The translations under genes and the position numbers were made by a program. Below the pieces are notes generated by a model that did not search any database, was not told where the DNA came from, and saw only the letters and a program-made list of their open reading frames with translations. Source: Nitrospiraceae bacterium (GTDB lineage: Bacteria; Nitrospirota; Nitrospiria; Nitrospirales; Nitrospiraceae). Taken from it: 64,000 nucleotides of DNA. The stretch lies in contig DASPUC010000034.1 in NCBI GenBank assembly GCA_035623075.1, positions 3,095-67,094 on the forward strand, read 5' to 3'. Positions 1 to 12,291 of the stretch are shown here, in pieces; within the stretch, counting starts at the first letter, position 1; every line of letters starts with the position of its first letter.

Positions 1-1
1 G

Positions 2-745
2 ATGGTGCGCCAGCTGGAAGGCATCGTGAAGGCCGACCAAAGCCAGATCGACAATGCCAAATTGCAGCTGATCTACAGCCGCATCACGGCGCCGATCAGC
101 GGACGGGTGGGATTGCGGCTCGTGGATCCCGGGAACATGGTTCGCGCCAACGACACGAATGGTCTCCTGGTCATCACACAACTCACGCCGATTACCGTCA
201 TCTTCACCATTCCGGAGGACAATTTGCCTGCGGTTCTTGAACGGCTCAAAGCGGGTCAACAGCCGACCGTCGACGCGTTCGACCGGGAGCAAAAGAAAAA
301 ACTGGCCTCCGGTACCCTGCTCACAGTCGATAATCAGATCGATCCCAACACCGGCACCGTTCGGCTCAAGGCAGTGTTTCCGAACGAGGACAGCGCCCTG
401 TTCCCCAATCAATTCGTCAATGCGCGCCTGTTGTTGGAGGTAAAACATGGCGTCACCATCGTGCCCTCCGCTGCGATTCAACGGGGAACAAAGGGCACGT
501 TCGTCTATGTGGTGAATGATGATCGGACGGTCGCTGTTCGAACCGTCGCTATTGGCACGACTCATGGCGAGGAGGCATCGATAAGTTCGGGGCTCGCCCC
601 CAACGAATTGGTCGTCGTGGATGGCACCGAGAAACTGCGCGAAGGCAGCAAGGTCGATGTTCGGAACCAGAATGATCAGCCTGCGAAAGGATCCGACGTT
701 CCGCCGGCTGACCTTGAAAGGCCGCCGCGAGGAAGACGATCGTGA
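2..745 (+). CDS. mdtA: RND efflux periplasmic adaptor (membrane fusion protein), MdtA-like, C-terminal part; 5' end lies outside the window
   Basis: The translation (..[20 protein letters not shown].., beta-barrel and membrane-proximal regions) is typical of RND adaptors. The stop overlaps the next start (GTGA at 742-745). Two tandem RND pumps follow. Confidence 0.85.
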   Translation: MVRQLEGIVKADQSQIDNAKLQLIYSRITAPISGRVGLRLVDPGNMVRANDTNGLLVITQLTPITVIFTIPEDNLPAVLERLKAGQQPTVDAFDREQKKKLASGTLLTVDNQIDPNTGTVRLKAVFPNEDSALFPNQFVNARLLLEVKHGVTIVPSAAIQRGTKGTFVYVVNDDRTVAVRTVAIGTTHGEEASISSGLAPNELVVVDGTEKLREGSKVDVRNQNDQPAKGSDVPPADLERPPRGRRS

Positions 746-3700
746 ATCCATCCCGCCTGTTCATCATGCGGCCGGTGGCGACCGCTTTATCGATGGTCGC
801 CATTCTGCTGGCTGGTGTGTTGGCCTACCGTCAGTTGCCAGTCTCCGCCCTACCCCAGATCGATTATCCGACCATCCAAGTCCTGACGTTCTACCCCGGC
901 GCCAGTCCCGACGTCATGGCCTCGTCCGTCACGGCGCCGCTCGAGCGACAGTTCGGGCAGATGCCCGGCCTGAATCAGATGACCTCGACCAGTTCCGGCG
1001 GCAGTTCGGTCATCACATTGCAATTCAGCCTCGACCTGAGCCTGGATGTCGCCGAACAACAGGTACAGGCCGCGATCAACGCATCTTCCACGTTCCTCCC
1101 GCGCGATCTTCCGAACCCGCCGGTCTATAACAAGGTTAATCCAGCCGATGCGCCGATCCTGACGCTGGCTCTGACGTCGAGCACGTTGCCCCTGCCACAA
1201 GTGGAAGATCTGGCGGAGACGCGATTTGCGCAAAAAATCTCCCAGCTTTCCGGCGTCGGGCTCGTCAGCATCAGCGGCGGCCAGCGACCGGCCGTCCGCA
1301 TTCGGGCGAATCCCCGAGCATTATCGGCGTACGGGCTCACCTTGGAGGATGTGCGCGCGACCGTGGCTGCGGCCAACGTCAATCAAGCCAAAGGGGCCTT
1401 TGACGGGCCGCGAAGGGCCTCCATCATCAATGCAACCGACCAATTGCTGTCGAGCCGCGATTATCAGCCGTTGATCGTTGCCTATCGCAACGGCGCGCCC
1501 GTCCACTTGTCCGACGTCGCTGACGTTGTTGACGATGTGGAAAACTTCAGGCAGGCAGCCTGGATGAACGAGACACCGGCCGTTCTCATCAATATCCAAC
1601 GGCAGCCGGGAGCGAACGTCATCGAAGTGGCAGACCGCATCAAAAACCTGCTGCCTCAACTCCAGAGCGCGCTGCCGTCCTCCGTGCAAGTCACGGTGCT
1701 GACCGACCGGACCACTTCCATTCGAGCCTCGGTGCGCGACGTGCAGTTTGAGCTGATGCTCGCCGTGGCACTCGTCATCATGGTCATTTTTCTCTTCCTG
1801 CGCACACTATCGGCGACCGTGATTCCCGCGGCGGCAGTGCCCTTGTCGATCGTGGGGACATTCGGCGCAATGTACCTGATGGGGTTCAGCCTCAACAACC
1901 TGACGTTGATGGCACTCACGATCTCGACGGGCTTTGTCGTGGACGACGCGATCGTCATGATCGAAAACATCTCGCGGTACATCGAGCGGGGCGACTCGCC
2001 GCTCCAGGCCGCACTCAAGGGATCACAACAAATTGCGTTCACCATTCTTTCGCTGTCGATCTCGCTCATCGCGGTGCTCATCCCGCTTCTCTTCATGGGT
2101 GACGTGGTGGGCCGGCTGTTCCGCGAGTTCGCGGTTACGCTGAGCTTTACGATCGTCATATCGGCGATCGTCTCACTCACATTGACGCCGATGATGTGCG
2201 CCAGACTGCTCCGCTACCGGCGTGAAGTGGACCAGGGAACGTTTTACCGTTGGTCTCAAGAGGTCTTCGATCGGGTGATCGCGGCCTACGGCAGGACACT
2301 GCGGTGGGTCTTACATCGTCAATCTGCGACCCTGGCGGTCGCGGTCGGGACGCTCCTGTTCACCATCCTGCTGTATATCGTCGTGCCCAAAGGCTTCTTT
2401 CCTGTGCAGGATACAGGCGTGATCCTGGGCATTTCCGAAGCGGCCCAATCGATCTCGTTTACCGCGATGGTTGAGCGTCAACAGGCGTTGTCCGCCGCCA
2501 TCCTCACGGATCCAGCCGTCGCTAGCCTGTCGTCTTTTATCGGTGTGGACGGAACCAACATTACACTCAACAGCGGACGCATCCAGATCAATCTGAAGCC
2601 TTTGGCTGAACGCAGGATCAGCGCGCAGGAGGTGATCGGCCGCCTGCAGCCCCAGGTAGCCGGCGTTGACGGCATCACCTTGTTTCTCCAACCGATGCAG
2701 GATCTCACGGTCGAGGATCGGGTCAGCCGTACGCAGTACCAATATACGCTGGAAGACGCGGATCCGGAGGAGCTGAGTCGATGGGCTCCCACGCTCGTTG
2801 AAGCATTGCAGGCCCTGCCCGAATTGCGAGACGTGAGTAGCGATCAACAGGACCAGGGACTTGCCTCTTTGTTGGTCATCGATCGCAGCACAGCCTCTCG
2901 GCTCGGCATCACGCCCCAACTGATTGTCGATACGCTCTACGACGCGTTCGGACAGAGGCAGGTATCCACGATGTTCACGCAGTTGAACCAATATCGCGTC
3001 GTGCTCGAAGTGATGCCGGAGTTCCAGAGCGGGCCGCACGCGCTCCAGTTTCTCGATATCCGGTCGCTGACCGGCGGGCAGGTTCCGCTGAACGTGTTTA
3101 CCCAGTTCTCCGAGACGACCACCCCCCTGGCCATCAGCCGGCAGGGACAGTTTCCCGCCGTCACGTTGTCGTTCAATCTCGCGCCGGGGAAATCCCTGGG
3201 TGACGCCGTGACGGCTATCGAACAGGCAGCACAAGCCATCGGCCTGCCGGCGAGCATCAGGGGGAGTTTTCAAGGGACCGCCCAGGCGTTTCAAAATTCC
3301 CTGGCGAACGAAACCTGGCTGATTCTCGCAGCCCTCGTCACCGTCTACATTGTGCTGGGCATCCTGTATGAGAGCTATATCCACCCGCTCACGATCTTGT
3401 CCACGCTCCCGTCTGCGGGCGTCGGTGCGCTGCTGGCCTTGATGCTGTTCCGCACCGACTTCAGTGTGATTGCGTTGATCGGCATCATTCTGTTGATCGG
3501 AATCGTAAAAAAGAACGCAATCATGATGATCGACTTCGCGCTCGACGCGGAACGCAAAGAAGGCAAACAGCCGGAAGAAGCGATCTACGAAGCCTGCCTC
3601 TTGCGCTTCCGGCCGATCATGATGACGACGATGGCCGCGCTGCTCGGGGCGCTGCCGCTGGCGATCGGCTCGGGGGTCGGCTCGGAACTGCGGCATCCGC

Positions 3701-3858
3701 TCGGGATCGCCATCATCGGCGGGCTGATTCTAAGCCAGGTGTTGACGCTGTACACCACGCCGGTCGTCTATTTGGCCTTCGATCGGCTCGCGCGTCGCGT
3801 CAGCTCCCGTCAGTCGTCGACTCTGGATACCGAGGCGTTGACCCCCGGTACGTTATGA
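742..3858 (+). CDS. mdtB: RND multidrug efflux transporter, MdtB-like (1038 aa)
   Basis: AcrB/MdtB-type 12-TM architecture. N-terminus is [24 protein letters not shown], and the C-terminal half has [21 protein letters not shown]. Translationally coupled to the genes on both sides. Confidence 0.9.
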   Translation: MNPSRLFIMRPVATALSMVAILLAGVLAYRQLPVSALPQIDYPTIQVLTFYPGASPDVMASSVTAPLERQFGQMPGLNQMTSTSSGGSSVITLQFSLDLSLDVAEQQVQAAINASSTFLPRDLPNPPVYNKVNPADAPILTLALTSSTLPLPQVEDLAETRFAQKISQLSGVGLVSISGGQRPAVRIRANPRALSAYGLTLEDVRATVAAANVNQAKGAFDGPRRASIINATDQLLSSRDYQPLIVAYRNGAPVHLSDVADVVDDVENFRQAAWMNETPAVLINIQRQPGANVIEVADRIKNLLPQLQSALPSSVQVTVLTDRTTSIRASVRDVQFELMLAVALVIMVIFLFLRTLSATVIPAAAVPLSIVGTFGAMYLMGFSLNNLTLMALTISTGFVVDDAIVMIENISRYIERGDSPLQAALKGSQQIAFTILSLSISLIAVLIPLLFMGDVVGRLFREFAVTLSFTIVISAIVSLTLTPMMCARLLRYRREVDQGTFYRWSQEVFDRVIAAYGRTLRWVLHRQSATLAVAVGTLLFTILLYIVVPKGFFPVQDTGVILGISEAAQSISFTAMVERQQALSAAILTDPAVASLSSFIGVDGTNITLNSGRIQINLKPLAERRISAQEVIGRLQPQVAGVDGITLFLQPMQDLTVEDRVSRTQYQYTLEDADPEELSRWAPTLVEALQALPELRDVSSDQQDQGLASLLVIDRSTASRLGITPQLIVDTLYDAFGQRQVSTMFTQLNQYRVVLEVMPEFQSGPHALQFLDIRSLTGGQVPLNVFTQFSETTTPLAISRQGQFPAVTLSFNLAPGKSLGDAVTAIEQAAQAIGLPASIRGSFQGTAQAFQNSLANETWLILAALVTVYIVLGILYESYIHPLTILSTLPSAGVGALLALMLFRTDFSVIALIGIILLIGIVKKNAIMMIDFALDAERKEGKQPEEAIYEACLLRFRPIMMTTMAALLGALPLAIGSGVGSELRHPLGIAIIGGLILSQVLTLYTTPVVYLAFDRLARRVSSRQSSTLDTEALTPGTL

Positions 3859-6800
3859 ACATTTCCGCGCCGTTCATCCACCGTCCGGTCGCCACGACCC
3901 TGCTGACCATTGGCGTTACGCTCGTCGGCATCGTGGCGTTTCGATTTCTCCCTGTCGCTGCGCTTCCTCAGGTGGAGTTTCCGACCATCAACGTGTCCGC
4001 CACGCTGCCGGGCGGAAGCCCGGAAACCATGGCCACCTCTGTGGCGGCCCCGCTCGAACACCAGTTCACGCGCATTGCCGGTGTGACGGAGATGACGTCC
4101 ACCAGTATGCTCGGCTCTTCCAATATCACACTGCAATTCGAACTGAGTCGTGACATTGACGGCGCCGCTCGAGACGTCCAGGCCGCAATCGTGGCCGCGA
4201 GAGGCGATCTGCCGGCCAACCTGCCGAACAGACCCACGTATCGCAAGATCAACCCGGCCGATGCGCCGATTCTCATCCTGTCGCTGACCTCGGACATCGT
4301 CAGCCGGGGCCGGATGTACGATGTGGCATCGAGCATCCTCCAGCAGAAGCTGTCGCAGGTCGACGGCGTAGGCCAGGTGACCGTGGGAGGAGGCTCGCTG
4401 CCCGCCGTGCGTGTTGATCTGAATCCCACGGCACTGAACAAATACGGGATCGGACTGGGCGACGTCCGCCAGATGCTGAGCAACACGAATGTGAACCGTC
4501 CGAAGGGTCAACTTGCCAATGAAACACGCACGTGGGAGATCAGAACAAACGATCAGCTTCACGACGCAGAGGACTACCTGCCATTGATCGTGAGCTACCG
4601 GGAGGGACGGGCCGTACGGCTGTCGGATGTCGCGGCCGTAGAGCAGTCGGTCGAGGATCTCCGGACGACAGGGTTGTCGAACGGGATCCCGGCGGTCCTC
4701 ATCATTATCAACCGGCAGCCGGGTGCGAATATCATCGAGACCGTTGACCGTGTGCGAGCATTGCTTCCGCAGCTGGAAGCATCCATCCCCGGCAGCATGA
4801 CCCTCTCGGTCGTGGTCGACCGGACCCCAGTCATTCGCGCATCGCTCCACGACGTCGAACGGACGCTCGCGATCTCCGTGCTCCTCGTGATCCTGGTAGT
4901 CTTCCTGTTTCTTCGGGACGTTCGCGCCACGCTCATTCCCTGCGTAGCGGTACCGGTTTCTCTGATCAGCACGTTCGGGGTGATGTATCTCTTCGGGTAT
5001 AGCTTGGACAATCTTTCCCTGATGGCGCTGACGATTGCGACTGGATTCGTGGTGGACGACGCGATCGTGGTTTTAGAAAACATCAGCCGCTACCGCGAAG
5101 AGGGCATGGCGCCGTTTCAGGCTGCGCTGCGCGGCGCGCGCGAGATCACGTTCACCGTTTTGTCGATGACCTTGTCGCTGGTCGCGGTGTTTGTTCCCAT
5201 CCTCTTCATGGGCGGCATGATGGGCCGGTTGTTCAGGGAATTCGCGGTCACACTCTCCGTGGCGATTCTCGTCTCACTCGTCGTGTCACTGACCACGACC
5301 CCCATGATGTGCGCGCGGGTGCTGAAGTCCGAACAGGGCCGGACTCACGGACGGTGGTATCGGTTCAGCGAGCGGTTCTTCGAGGGCATGCGCGGTGGAT
5401 ATGCCCGGAGTCTCGCGTGGGTGCTACGCCATCCGCGGAGCATGTTGGCGCTCACGCTGGCGACCATGGCTGTGAGCGTCTATCTCTATACCGCTGTCCC
5501 CAAAGGATTTTTCCCCCAGCAGGACACCGGGCGCATGTTCGGGAATATTCAGGCCGCACAGGATATTTCGTTTCAAGCGATGCGCCAGAAGCTGACGGAA
5601 GTGGTGGACATTATCAAGAGCGATCCGGCGGTCGATACGGTCACAGGGTTCAGCGGCGGAGGCGTGAGCGGTCAAACAAATACCGGCCGGATGTTCATCG
5701 CGTTGAAACCGCTTCAAGAGCGACAGATGAGCGTGGACCAGGTGATGGCCCGGCTGCGCCCCAAGCTGGCCAAGGTGCCCGGCGCACCGACGGTGCTCCA
5801 GGCGATTCAGGACCTGCGTATCGGCGGCCGGGCAAGCAGCGCGCAGTACCAATACACGCTCCAAAGCGTGGACCTGGCCGAATTGAACACGTGGGCGCCC
5901 CGGGTGGAACGTCAATTGCGTACGCTGAGCGAAATTGTGGACGTGAACAGCGATCAACAAGACAAGGGGCTCCAGTCGCTGGTCGTCTTCGATCGCAGCA
6001 CGGCCTCGCGACTCGGCCTCAGTCCGCAGCTCATCGATGACACCCTTTATGATGCCTTCGGTCAGCGCCAGGTCTCCATCCTCTATACGCCGTTCAATCA
6101 GTACCACGTCGTGATGGAAGTCGCCCCGCAATACTGGCAGAGCCCCTCCACACTCCAGGAAATCTATGTGCGGTCCCCCACAGGAGCGCAAGTGCCGCTG
6201 AGTGCGGTGGCGCGCTACGAACCCACGAACACGTTGCTGCTGGTCAACCATCAGGGGCAATTTCCCGGCGTGACGCTGTCGTTTAACATGGCGCCAGGCG
6301 TGTCGCTGGGCGATGCGGTGAAGGCCATTGAAAAATCCACGCGGGAGATCGGCTTACCAGCCGGCGTCCATGGCAGTTTTCAGGGCACGGCCAAAGCCTT
6401 TCAGGCGTCGGTGCAGAACCAGCCGTTGCTCATCCTTGCCGCGCTCATCACGGTCTATATTGTCTTGGGGATTCTCTACGAAAGTTACGTCCATCCGGTG
6501 ACGATTCTGTCGACACTGCCGTCTGCCGGCGTGGGAGCGCTGCTCGCACTGCTCCTCTTTAAGACGGAGCTGAGCATGATCGCACTCATCGGGATCATCC
6601 TGCTGATCGGGATCGTGAAAAAGAACGCCATTATGATGATCGATTTCGCCCTGGACGCGGAACGAAAAGACGGCAAACGGCCGGAGCAAGCGATCTATGA
6701 AGCCTGCCTGTTACGCTTCAGACCAATCATGATGACGACGATGGCAGCGCTGTTCGGCGCCTTGCCGTTGGCGCTCGGAACGGGAGTGGGCTCGGAACTG

Positions 6801-6959
6801 CGTCGGCCGCTCGGCATCGCCATCGTCGGCGGGTTGCTCGTCAGTCAGTTGCTCACCCTCTATACGACGCCGGTCGTGTACCTTTATCTTGATCGAGTGC
6901 GCCTGCGTTTCTTACGAATGCATCCGAGGGCGGTGGAAGCCAGGCCGCTGCCCCAATAA
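3855..6959 (+). CDS. mdtC: RND multidrug efflux transporter, MdtC-like (1034 aa)
   Basis: Paralog of the preceding pump ([18 protein letters not shown].., [21 protein letters not shown]). ATGA overlap with mdtB at 3855-3858. The adaptor plus two pumps is the mdtABC layout. Confidence 0.9.
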   Translation: MNISAPFIHRPVATTLLTIGVTLVGIVAFRFLPVAALPQVEFPTINVSATLPGGSPETMATSVAAPLEHQFTRIAGVTEMTSTSMLGSSNITLQFELSRDIDGAARDVQAAIVAARGDLPANLPNRPTYRKINPADAPILILSLTSDIVSRGRMYDVASSILQQKLSQVDGVGQVTVGGGSLPAVRVDLNPTALNKYGIGLGDVRQMLSNTNVNRPKGQLANETRTWEIRTNDQLHDAEDYLPLIVSYREGRAVRLSDVAAVEQSVEDLRTTGLSNGIPAVLIIINRQPGANIIETVDRVRALLPQLEASIPGSMTLSVVVDRTPVIRASLHDVERTLAISVLLVILVVFLFLRDVRATLIPCVAVPVSLISTFGVMYLFGYSLDNLSLMALTIATGFVVDDAIVVLENISRYREEGMAPFQAALRGAREITFTVLSMTLSLVAVFVPILFMGGMMGRLFREFAVTLSVAILVSLVVSLTTTPMMCARVLKSEQGRTHGRWYRFSERFFEGMRGGYARSLAWVLRHPRSMLALTLATMAVSVYLYTAVPKGFFPQQDTGRMFGNIQAAQDISFQAMRQKLTEVVDIIKSDPAVDTVTGFSGGGVSGQTNTGRMFIALKPLQERQMSVDQVMARLRPKLAKVPGAPTVLQAIQDLRIGGRASSAQYQYTLQSVDLAELNTWAPRVERQLRTLSEIVDVNSDQQDKGLQSLVVFDRSTASRLGLSPQLIDDTLYDAFGQRQVSILYTPFNQYHVVMEVAPQYWQSPSTLQEIYVRSPTGAQVPLSAVARYEPTNTLLLVNHQGQFPGVTLSFNMAPGVSLGDAVKAIEKSTREIGLPAGVHGSFQGTAKAFQASVQNQPLLILAALITVYIVLGILYESYVHPVTILSTLPSAGVGALLALLLFKTELSMIALIGIILLIGIVKKNAIMMIDFALDAERKDGKRPEQAIYEACLLRFRPIMMTTMAALFGALPLALGTGVGSELRRPLGIAIVGGLLVSQLLTLYTTPVVYLYLDRVRLRFLRMHPRAVEARPLPQ

Positions 6960-7036
6960 GATCCAGCCCCAGACCGTGCGTAGCGGCGACGGAAGATATG
7001 ATCCTGTGGTAGGCTTACTCAAGGTGGTGGTGAGGT

Positions 7037-7657
7037 ATGATCGCAAGGACTAAGCGTATCGGGCTCGCTCTGAGCAGCCTTCTCATGATCGTCGGCTGCT
7101 CCACGACGCCGGCTCCCGGAACAAACCCTGATACCGTACGACAACATGCAGACAAAGCGTTTCAACAACTGAGAGTGGAAGAACACCCGCAGGAACAAGG
7201 CGCCTCTCCTTCCGCTCAGCCGATTTCAAAGGTCGAGGATACCACATCCCCACCGGCAGCGGTCGCCCCAAAAGACGTGCAGATTCCGCCCGCCGAGGTC
7301 GGCCCATCCGACGGCGAGTACGTCCGCGCGACAGGATACGGCAATCTCACAAAGGGGCTCTACCTCTGTCAGCATTCGGCCGACCTGGCTGCGCGTGTTG
7401 AGCTCTCAAAGCTCGTCCGTGTCCAGGTGAAGGAAAAATCGGTGGATCGAATCCGGGAAAAGACCGGAAAGGACGCCGAACAGGATATCGAAGTGGTCCG
7501 CGAAGGCCTGGTCGACCAAGTCCTCAGCGATGTACGGATCGTGGATCGCAAAGTGGACAAAGAAGCGGGCACCTGTTCAAGTACTGCGGTGATCCCCAGA
7601 CGGAATCTTTTCCCGACGCCGCCGACTCCCGATGCCAAGATCGCTGCTCCCCAGTAA
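7037..7657 (+). CDS. Lipoprotein, possibly LPP20/FlgP-like
   Basis: Signal peptide with lipobox LLMIVGC, a Pro/Ala-rich linker, then a globular C-terminus. The family assignment is only an impression. Confidence 0.55.
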   Translation: MIARTKRIGLALSSLLMIVGCSTTPAPGTNPDTVRQHADKAFQQLRVEEHPQEQGASPSAQPISKVEDTTSPPAAVAPKDVQIPPAEVGPSDGEYVRATGYGNLTKGLYLCQHSADLAARVELSKLVRVQVKEKSVDRIREKTGKDAEQDIEVVREGLVDQVLSDVRIVDRKVDKEAGTCSSTAVIPRRNLFPTPPTPDAKIAAPQ

Positions 7658-7799
7658 ACGAGTACGCCCTTCCGGATCACGCAACTATCTAGAAACAGAC
7701 TTTCACGCTGGATATCGCGCGCCCTCGTCAGTAAAATGAACGGCGCGAAGGGGACGGTGGTCCGAAGCGGGTCACAACTCAGCTGAAACGAGGGAGAGC

Positions 7800-8984
7800 A
7801 TGCCTGGATTCGAGTTGATTGGCGAGGAAGAACGCCGCGAGGTTCAGCAAGTTCTCGAATCCGGCGTGTTGATGCGTTACGGATTCGATGCGGCGCGGAA
7901 CGGGCAATGGAAGTCGCGCGACCTTGAACAGGCTCTGGCGACTCGTTTCGGCACGCGACACGCCCATGTCTGCTCCAGCGGGACGGCCGCCCTTAGCACA
8001 GCTTTGGCAGCGTGCGGTGTCGCGGCCGGTGACGAAGTCATCCTTCCTCCCTTCACCTTCGTCGCCGATCTTGAAACGGTGTTGCTCGCGGGCGCGGTGC
8101 CTGTCTTCGCCGAAATCGACCAGACTCTGTGCCTGGACCCGCATTCGGTCGCGGCCGCCATCACGCCGAAGACCAAGGCCGTGCTCGTAGTTCACATGTG
8201 TGGAGCTATGGCACGGATCGATGCGTTAGCTGAATTGTGCCGTACGCACCGCCTGATTCTTATCGAGGATGTCGCTCAGGCAGCCGGTGCAAGCTTTCGA
8301 GGCAAGTCGCTGGGCACCTTCGGGAAGATCGGGTGCTTCTCCTTTGACTATGTGAAAACCGTCACGTGCGGAGAGGGCGGCGCGATCATTACCGACGATG
8401 CTCAAGTCTATAACCTCGCGCAGGCCTTTACCGATCATGGCCATGATCATCTGGGTGCCGACCGAGGTGCTGACAATCACCCGCACATCGGCACGAACTA
8501 CCGCCTCAGCGAACTCAATGCTGCGGTCGGCGTCGCTCAGCTGGCGAAACTTGACCGTATCCTAGAAACCCAGCGGGCCCATAAGGCCCAACTCAAGGAA
8601 GGCCTCGCGGGACTCCACCGCCTGCAGTTTCGTGAGCTTCCCGACGCTGCAGGAGACTCGGCCACCTTCTTGAGCTTCCTTTTACCGACTGAAGACGAGG
8701 CACGTCAGGCTGCCAAATCCCTGGGAGCTGCCGGCGTCGACGGCTGTTTCTACTGGTACGACAACAATTGGCACTACCACCGGAAATGGGACCATATTAA
8801 GACGTTCACATCTCCAGGCCGCTTGCCCATCGATCGCTTCGGATACGGCGCCGATCTGACGAAAATTTCCCTGCCCCAGTCCGATGCCATCATGGGCCGG
8901 ACTATCTCAATGTTGATCAGACTGCGGTGGACGCAGGATCAGGTGCGTGATAGACTCGCGCGGATGAAATCGGTTTTAACCTAG
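7800..8984 (+). CDS. DegT/DnrJ/EryC1/StrS-family PLP aminotransferase (candidate KdnA-like Kdo 8-aminotransferase)
   Basis: Family-typical blocks: SSGTAALSTALAACGV, DEVILPPFTFVA, and FSFDYVKTVTCGEGGAI (PLP lysine context). AGGGAG RBS just upstream. Sits directly upstream of kdsB. Confidence 0.8.
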   Translation: MPGFELIGEEERREVQQVLESGVLMRYGFDAARNGQWKSRDLEQALATRFGTRHAHVCSSGTAALSTALAACGVAAGDEVILPPFTFVADLETVLLAGAVPVFAEIDQTLCLDPHSVAAAITPKTKAVLVVHMCGAMARIDALAELCRTHRLILIEDVAQAAGASFRGKSLGTFGKIGCFSFDYVKTVTCGEGGAIITDDAQVYNLAQAFTDHGHDHLGADRGADNHPHIGTNYRLSELNAAVGVAQLAKLDRILETQRAHKAQLKEGLAGLHRLQFRELPDAAGDSATFLSFLLPTEDEARQAAKSLGAAGVDGCFYWYDNNWHYHRKWDHIKTFTSPGRLPIDRFGYGADLTKISLPQSDAIMGRTISMLIRLRWTQDQVRDRLARMKSVLT

Positions 8985-9017
8985 CTCCTACACCGTCCTC
9001 TCAGGTTGGACATCCCC

Positions 9018-9776
9018 ATGAACGTCGCGATCATTGTTCCGGCCCGCATCGGCTCGACGCGCTTTCCAAAAAAGTTGCTCCACCCGGTCAAGGGCAAACC
9101 CGTCATCGTCTGGACCGCCGACCGCATCAGGAACGAGGCGCCTGAGTTTCCCCTTTACTTTGCCGTGGATCACGAATCGCTGGCTGACGCGCTCCGCAAA
9201 GAGGGATACGAAGTCATCATGACCGATCCAGGCCACTCCTGTGGAACAGACCGGATTGCCGAAGCCAACCGCGGCCTCAAGGCCCGGTATGTAATCAACG
9301 TGCAGGCCGACGAGCCCTTGGTGACCGGAGAGCAAATTCGCCAACTTGTCGATCTCATTCAGCGCGACACGGAGATGGCCACATTAGGAACGCCGGTGCG
9401 GTACGACAAGGATTACCGGAATCCGAACCACGTCAAGCTGGTGTGCGATGAGAACGGCTATGCCGTGTATTTCTCCCGCGCGCCGATCCCCTATTTCCGA
9501 GACACACACGGGGCCTTCGAAGCGGAGGTGGCGGCCGGCGTTCCGGTGTTGATCCATCTCGGGCTGTATGCCTACACAGCCTCCTTCCTCGAGCTGTTCA
9601 GCAGGCTCCCTCCGGGCAAACTCGAGCAGGTCGAGAAGCTGGAGATGCTGCGCGCCATGGAACGAGGGCACCGAATTAAGGTGGGAATCACGAAAGATGC
9701 GTTGATCGAGATTGATACTCCTGATCAGGCCGTGGATTTTGAACAAGTCGTTACCGAGCGATTCTTGTCGCACTAA
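9018..9776 (+). CDS. kdsB: 3-deoxy-manno-octulosonate cytidylyltransferase (CMP-Kdo synthetase)
   Basis: MNVAIIVPARIGSTRFPKKLL.. and ..NVQADEPL.. are KdsB hallmarks. The ORF opens at a TTG at 9006; the ATG at 9018 gives the canonical N-terminus. Confidence 0.88.
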   Translation: MNVAIIVPARIGSTRFPKKLLHPVKGKPVIVWTADRIRNEAPEFPLYFAVDHESLADALRKEGYEVIMTDPGHSCGTDRIAEANRGLKARYVINVQADEPLVTGEQIRQLVDLIQRDTEMATLGTPVRYDKDYRNPNHVKLVCDENGYAVYFSRAPIPYFRDTHGAFEAEVAAGVPVLIHLGLYAYTASFLELFSRLPPGKLEQVEKLEMLRAMERGHRIKVGITKDALIEIDTPDQAVDFEQVVTERFLSH

Positions 9777-10045
9777 ACATAGGAGGGTGAATAATCGTTT
9801 GGTCATTCGTCCGATGGAGATAGGCAGGCGGTGCAGAGGGGCTGAGAGTCTTCGTCAGGATGCTCAATTAGGTTGTCCTCGTCATATTGTATTCATCGTT
9901 CGTACTTCGTATCTCACAAGCGAATTACGCTTCCCGGGTCTACCGAGCGGCACGAGAACCACGCCTGGTGAAGGGCGTGTCTTGACACAGCGGAGCTGGG
10001 TCCGTGAGAACGGGGACCTTTTCAACATCCTGAAAGGACGTAACC

Positions 10046-11119
10046 ATGTACCGAAACCTCCGCTTAGTCCCCCAGCTTATTTTCGGGCGAGGCAGCATCA
10101 ATCAGCTCGGGGATATTCTGACTAAGCAACGCACCGAGAGTGGATGTCCCGTCGTGTTTCTCATCGACGCAGTCCACGAGAAACAACCGTTCGTCCAGCG
10201 ATTGCCGCTCCGCGCGAATGATTTGATCATCTTCGTGGATGTCGGAACGGAACCCAAGACCCAGTATGTGGATGAGCTCACGGAGCGGGTGAAGGCCTTC
10301 TCGAACCGCCAGCCGGACGCGATCGTGGGGATTGGAGGCGGCAGCGCGATGGATCTCGCCAAATCCGTCTCGCTTATGTTGACCAACCCCGGATCAGCCT
10401 CCGATTACCAGGGGTGGGACCTGGTAAAATACCCGGCGATTTATCACGTCGGTGTACCGACGCTGGCGGGAAGCGGAGCAGAGGTCTCGCGCACCGCGGT
10501 CCTGACGGGACCGGTGAAGAAGCTGGGCATCAATTCCGATTTCACGCCCTTCGACCAGATCATCATGGACCCCGATCTGATCGCAACCGTCCCACCGAAC
10601 CAGCGATTCTACACCGCAATGGATTGCTACATTCACTCCTGCGAATCACTGCAGGGCACGTTTATCAATGAGTTCAGCCGCGCCTTCGCGGAAAGCGCGC
10701 GCGACATCTGCCGCGACGTGTTTCTCAACGACTGCGACGCGAACGTGGCCGATGAACGGCTGATGGTGGCATCGTACTTCGGCGGCTTGAGCATCGCCTA
10801 TTCCCAAGTCGGCGTCTGTCATGCCCTCTCGTACGGGCTCTCCTACGTGCTAGGGGTGCGTCACGGCGTGGGTAATTGCATCGTGTTCACTCAGCTCGAC
10901 GAATATTACGGTAAGGACGTCCGTGAATTTCAGCGCATGATCGACAAGAACCATATCGACTTGCCCACGGGTGTCACCGGCGCGGTGGAGGAAGCAGGCA
11001 TGAATAAGATGATCGACACCGCGCTGGGGCTCGAGCCCCTGTGGAAAAACGCGCTTGGTGAGAACTGGAAGCAGATCATCACCCGCGAGAAGATCCGCTC
11101 CTTGTATGCGAGAATGTGA
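10046..11119 (+). CDS. Iron-containing (group III) alcohol dehydrogenase family protein (candidate KdnB-like Kdo 8-oxidase)
   Basis: GIGGGSAMDLAK nucleotide and metal motifs, plus His-rich metal ligands (CYIHSCE, VCHALSYGL). Lies between kdsB and the core glycosyltransferases. Confidence 0.8.
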   Translation: MYRNLRLVPQLIFGRGSINQLGDILTKQRTESGCPVVFLIDAVHEKQPFVQRLPLRANDLIIFVDVGTEPKTQYVDELTERVKAFSNRQPDAIVGIGGGSAMDLAKSVSLMLTNPGSASDYQGWDLVKYPAIYHVGVPTLAGSGAEVSRTAVLTGPVKKLGINSDFTPFDQIIMDPDLIATVPPNQRFYTAMDCYIHSCESLQGTFINEFSRAFAESARDICRDVFLNDCDANVADERLMVASYFGGLSIAYSQVGVCHALSYGLSYVLGVRHGVGNCIVFTQLDEYYGKDVREFQRMIDKNHIDLPTGVTGAVEEAGMNKMIDTALGLEPLWKNALGENWKQIITREKIRSLYARM

Positions 11120-11197
11120 AACCGCTGCGTCCTGCCGGCATGCATAGATGAGGTTATTGCCCCTTCACCCACTCCTCGAGGCTCCCTGATCCGACCC

Positions 11198-12280
11198 GTG
11201 AAAATCCTTATCGTGAAAACCAGCGCGATCGGGGATGTGATTCACACTCTCCCTGCGCTGTTGTCGCTTCGCCATCACTATCCGGACGCGCATATCGCCT
11301 GGCTGATCGAAGAAATGGCGGCCGATCTGATCACCGGCCATCCGGCGCTGAACCGCGTGCTCGTTTCCCGTCGCAAGGCGTGGCTGGCCGACCTGCAAGC
11401 CGGACGGGTGTTGCGGGCCCTGCGAGAGTTCGTCCGGTTCATCCGCACCCTGCGGGATACTCGGTACGATCTGATCATCGATTTTCAAGGGTTACTCAAG
11501 AGCGCCATCTGGGTTCTCCTGGCGAAAGGAGTCCGCAAAGTGGGATTCGGTCGGGGGATGCATCATGCCGAGCTCAGCTACGTGGTGTTGAACGAACCGG
11601 TGCCAGCTGTCGACATGAACCAACACGCCATCGAGCGGGAATTGCTTCTCCTCAAAGGAATCGGAGTGCCTACCACAGGTGTGCGTTACGAACTTCCTAT
11701 TTCGCCCGAGCATGAGTCCGAGGCAGCTGCGCTGCTGCGCGCGTCGGGCATTGACGATCGGGATCGATTGGTTGTCATCAATCCCATGGCTCGCTGGCCG
11801 ACCAAGTTGTGGGAGCCGGCCTCTTTCGCCGCAGTGGCGGATGGACTCGAAGGCCAGGGCATTCGTGTCATCTTCACTGGCGGGACGCAGGATCGATCGT
11901 CCATCGACGAGATTTGCCGATTGATGACGAGCAAGAGCCGCCGGGTCGATGGCCGAACCAGCCTTAAAACTCTTGCGGCGATTTACAGGCGCGCACAGGT
12001 GCTGCTCACCACGGATAGCGGCCCCATGCATCTGGCCGTGGCGATCGGGACGACGGTCGTCGCCTTGTTCGGGCCGACCGCTCCGTGGAGGACTGGTCCT
12101 TACGGCCCAGGCCATACGGTGTTGCGAGCAGGGATCAGCTGTAGCCCCTGTTTCAAGAAGGACTGTTGGACCACTGACTACGAGGAGCGGGCCTGTATGA
12201 AACGCTTGACCGTTGACGAAGTCGTTCGGGCCGTCATGGAGAAAATGGCGACGGCGCCGATCGCAGCCTCTTTGAACTGA
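11198..12280 (+). CDS. Glycosyltransferase family 9 (LPS heptosyltransferase, WaaC/WaaF-like)
   Basis: MKILIVKTSAIGDVIHTLPAL.. N-terminus and ..TTDSGPMHLAVAIGT.. C-terminal block are GT9 signatures. GTG start. Confidence 0.85.
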   Translation: MKILIVKTSAIGDVIHTLPALLSLRHHYPDAHIAWLIEEMAADLITGHPALNRVLVSRRKAWLADLQAGRVLRALREFVRFIRTLRDTRYDLIIDFQGLLKSAIWVLLAKGVRKVGFGRGMHHAELSYVVLNEPVPAVDMNQHAIERELLLLKGIGVPTTGVRYELPISPEHESEAAALLRASGIDDRDRLVVINPMARWPTKLWEPASFAAVADGLEGQGIRVIFTGGTQDRSSIDEICRLMTSKSRRVDGRTSLKTLAAIYRRAQVLLTTDSGPMHLAVAIGTTVVALFGPTAPWRTGPYGPGHTVLRAGISCSPCFKKDCWTTDYEERACMKRLTVDEVVRAVMEKMATAPIAASLN

Positions 12281-12291
12281 CGGGAGATCCC

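Noticed and set aside
2311-4850. Long minus-strand ORFs (2311-3696, 461 aa; 3810-4850, 346 aa) inside mdtB and mdtC.
   Set aside because: They are Arg/Gly/Asp/His-rich low-complexity translations, antisense to well-supported RND pump genes. These are typical shadow ORFs of GC-rich DNA.
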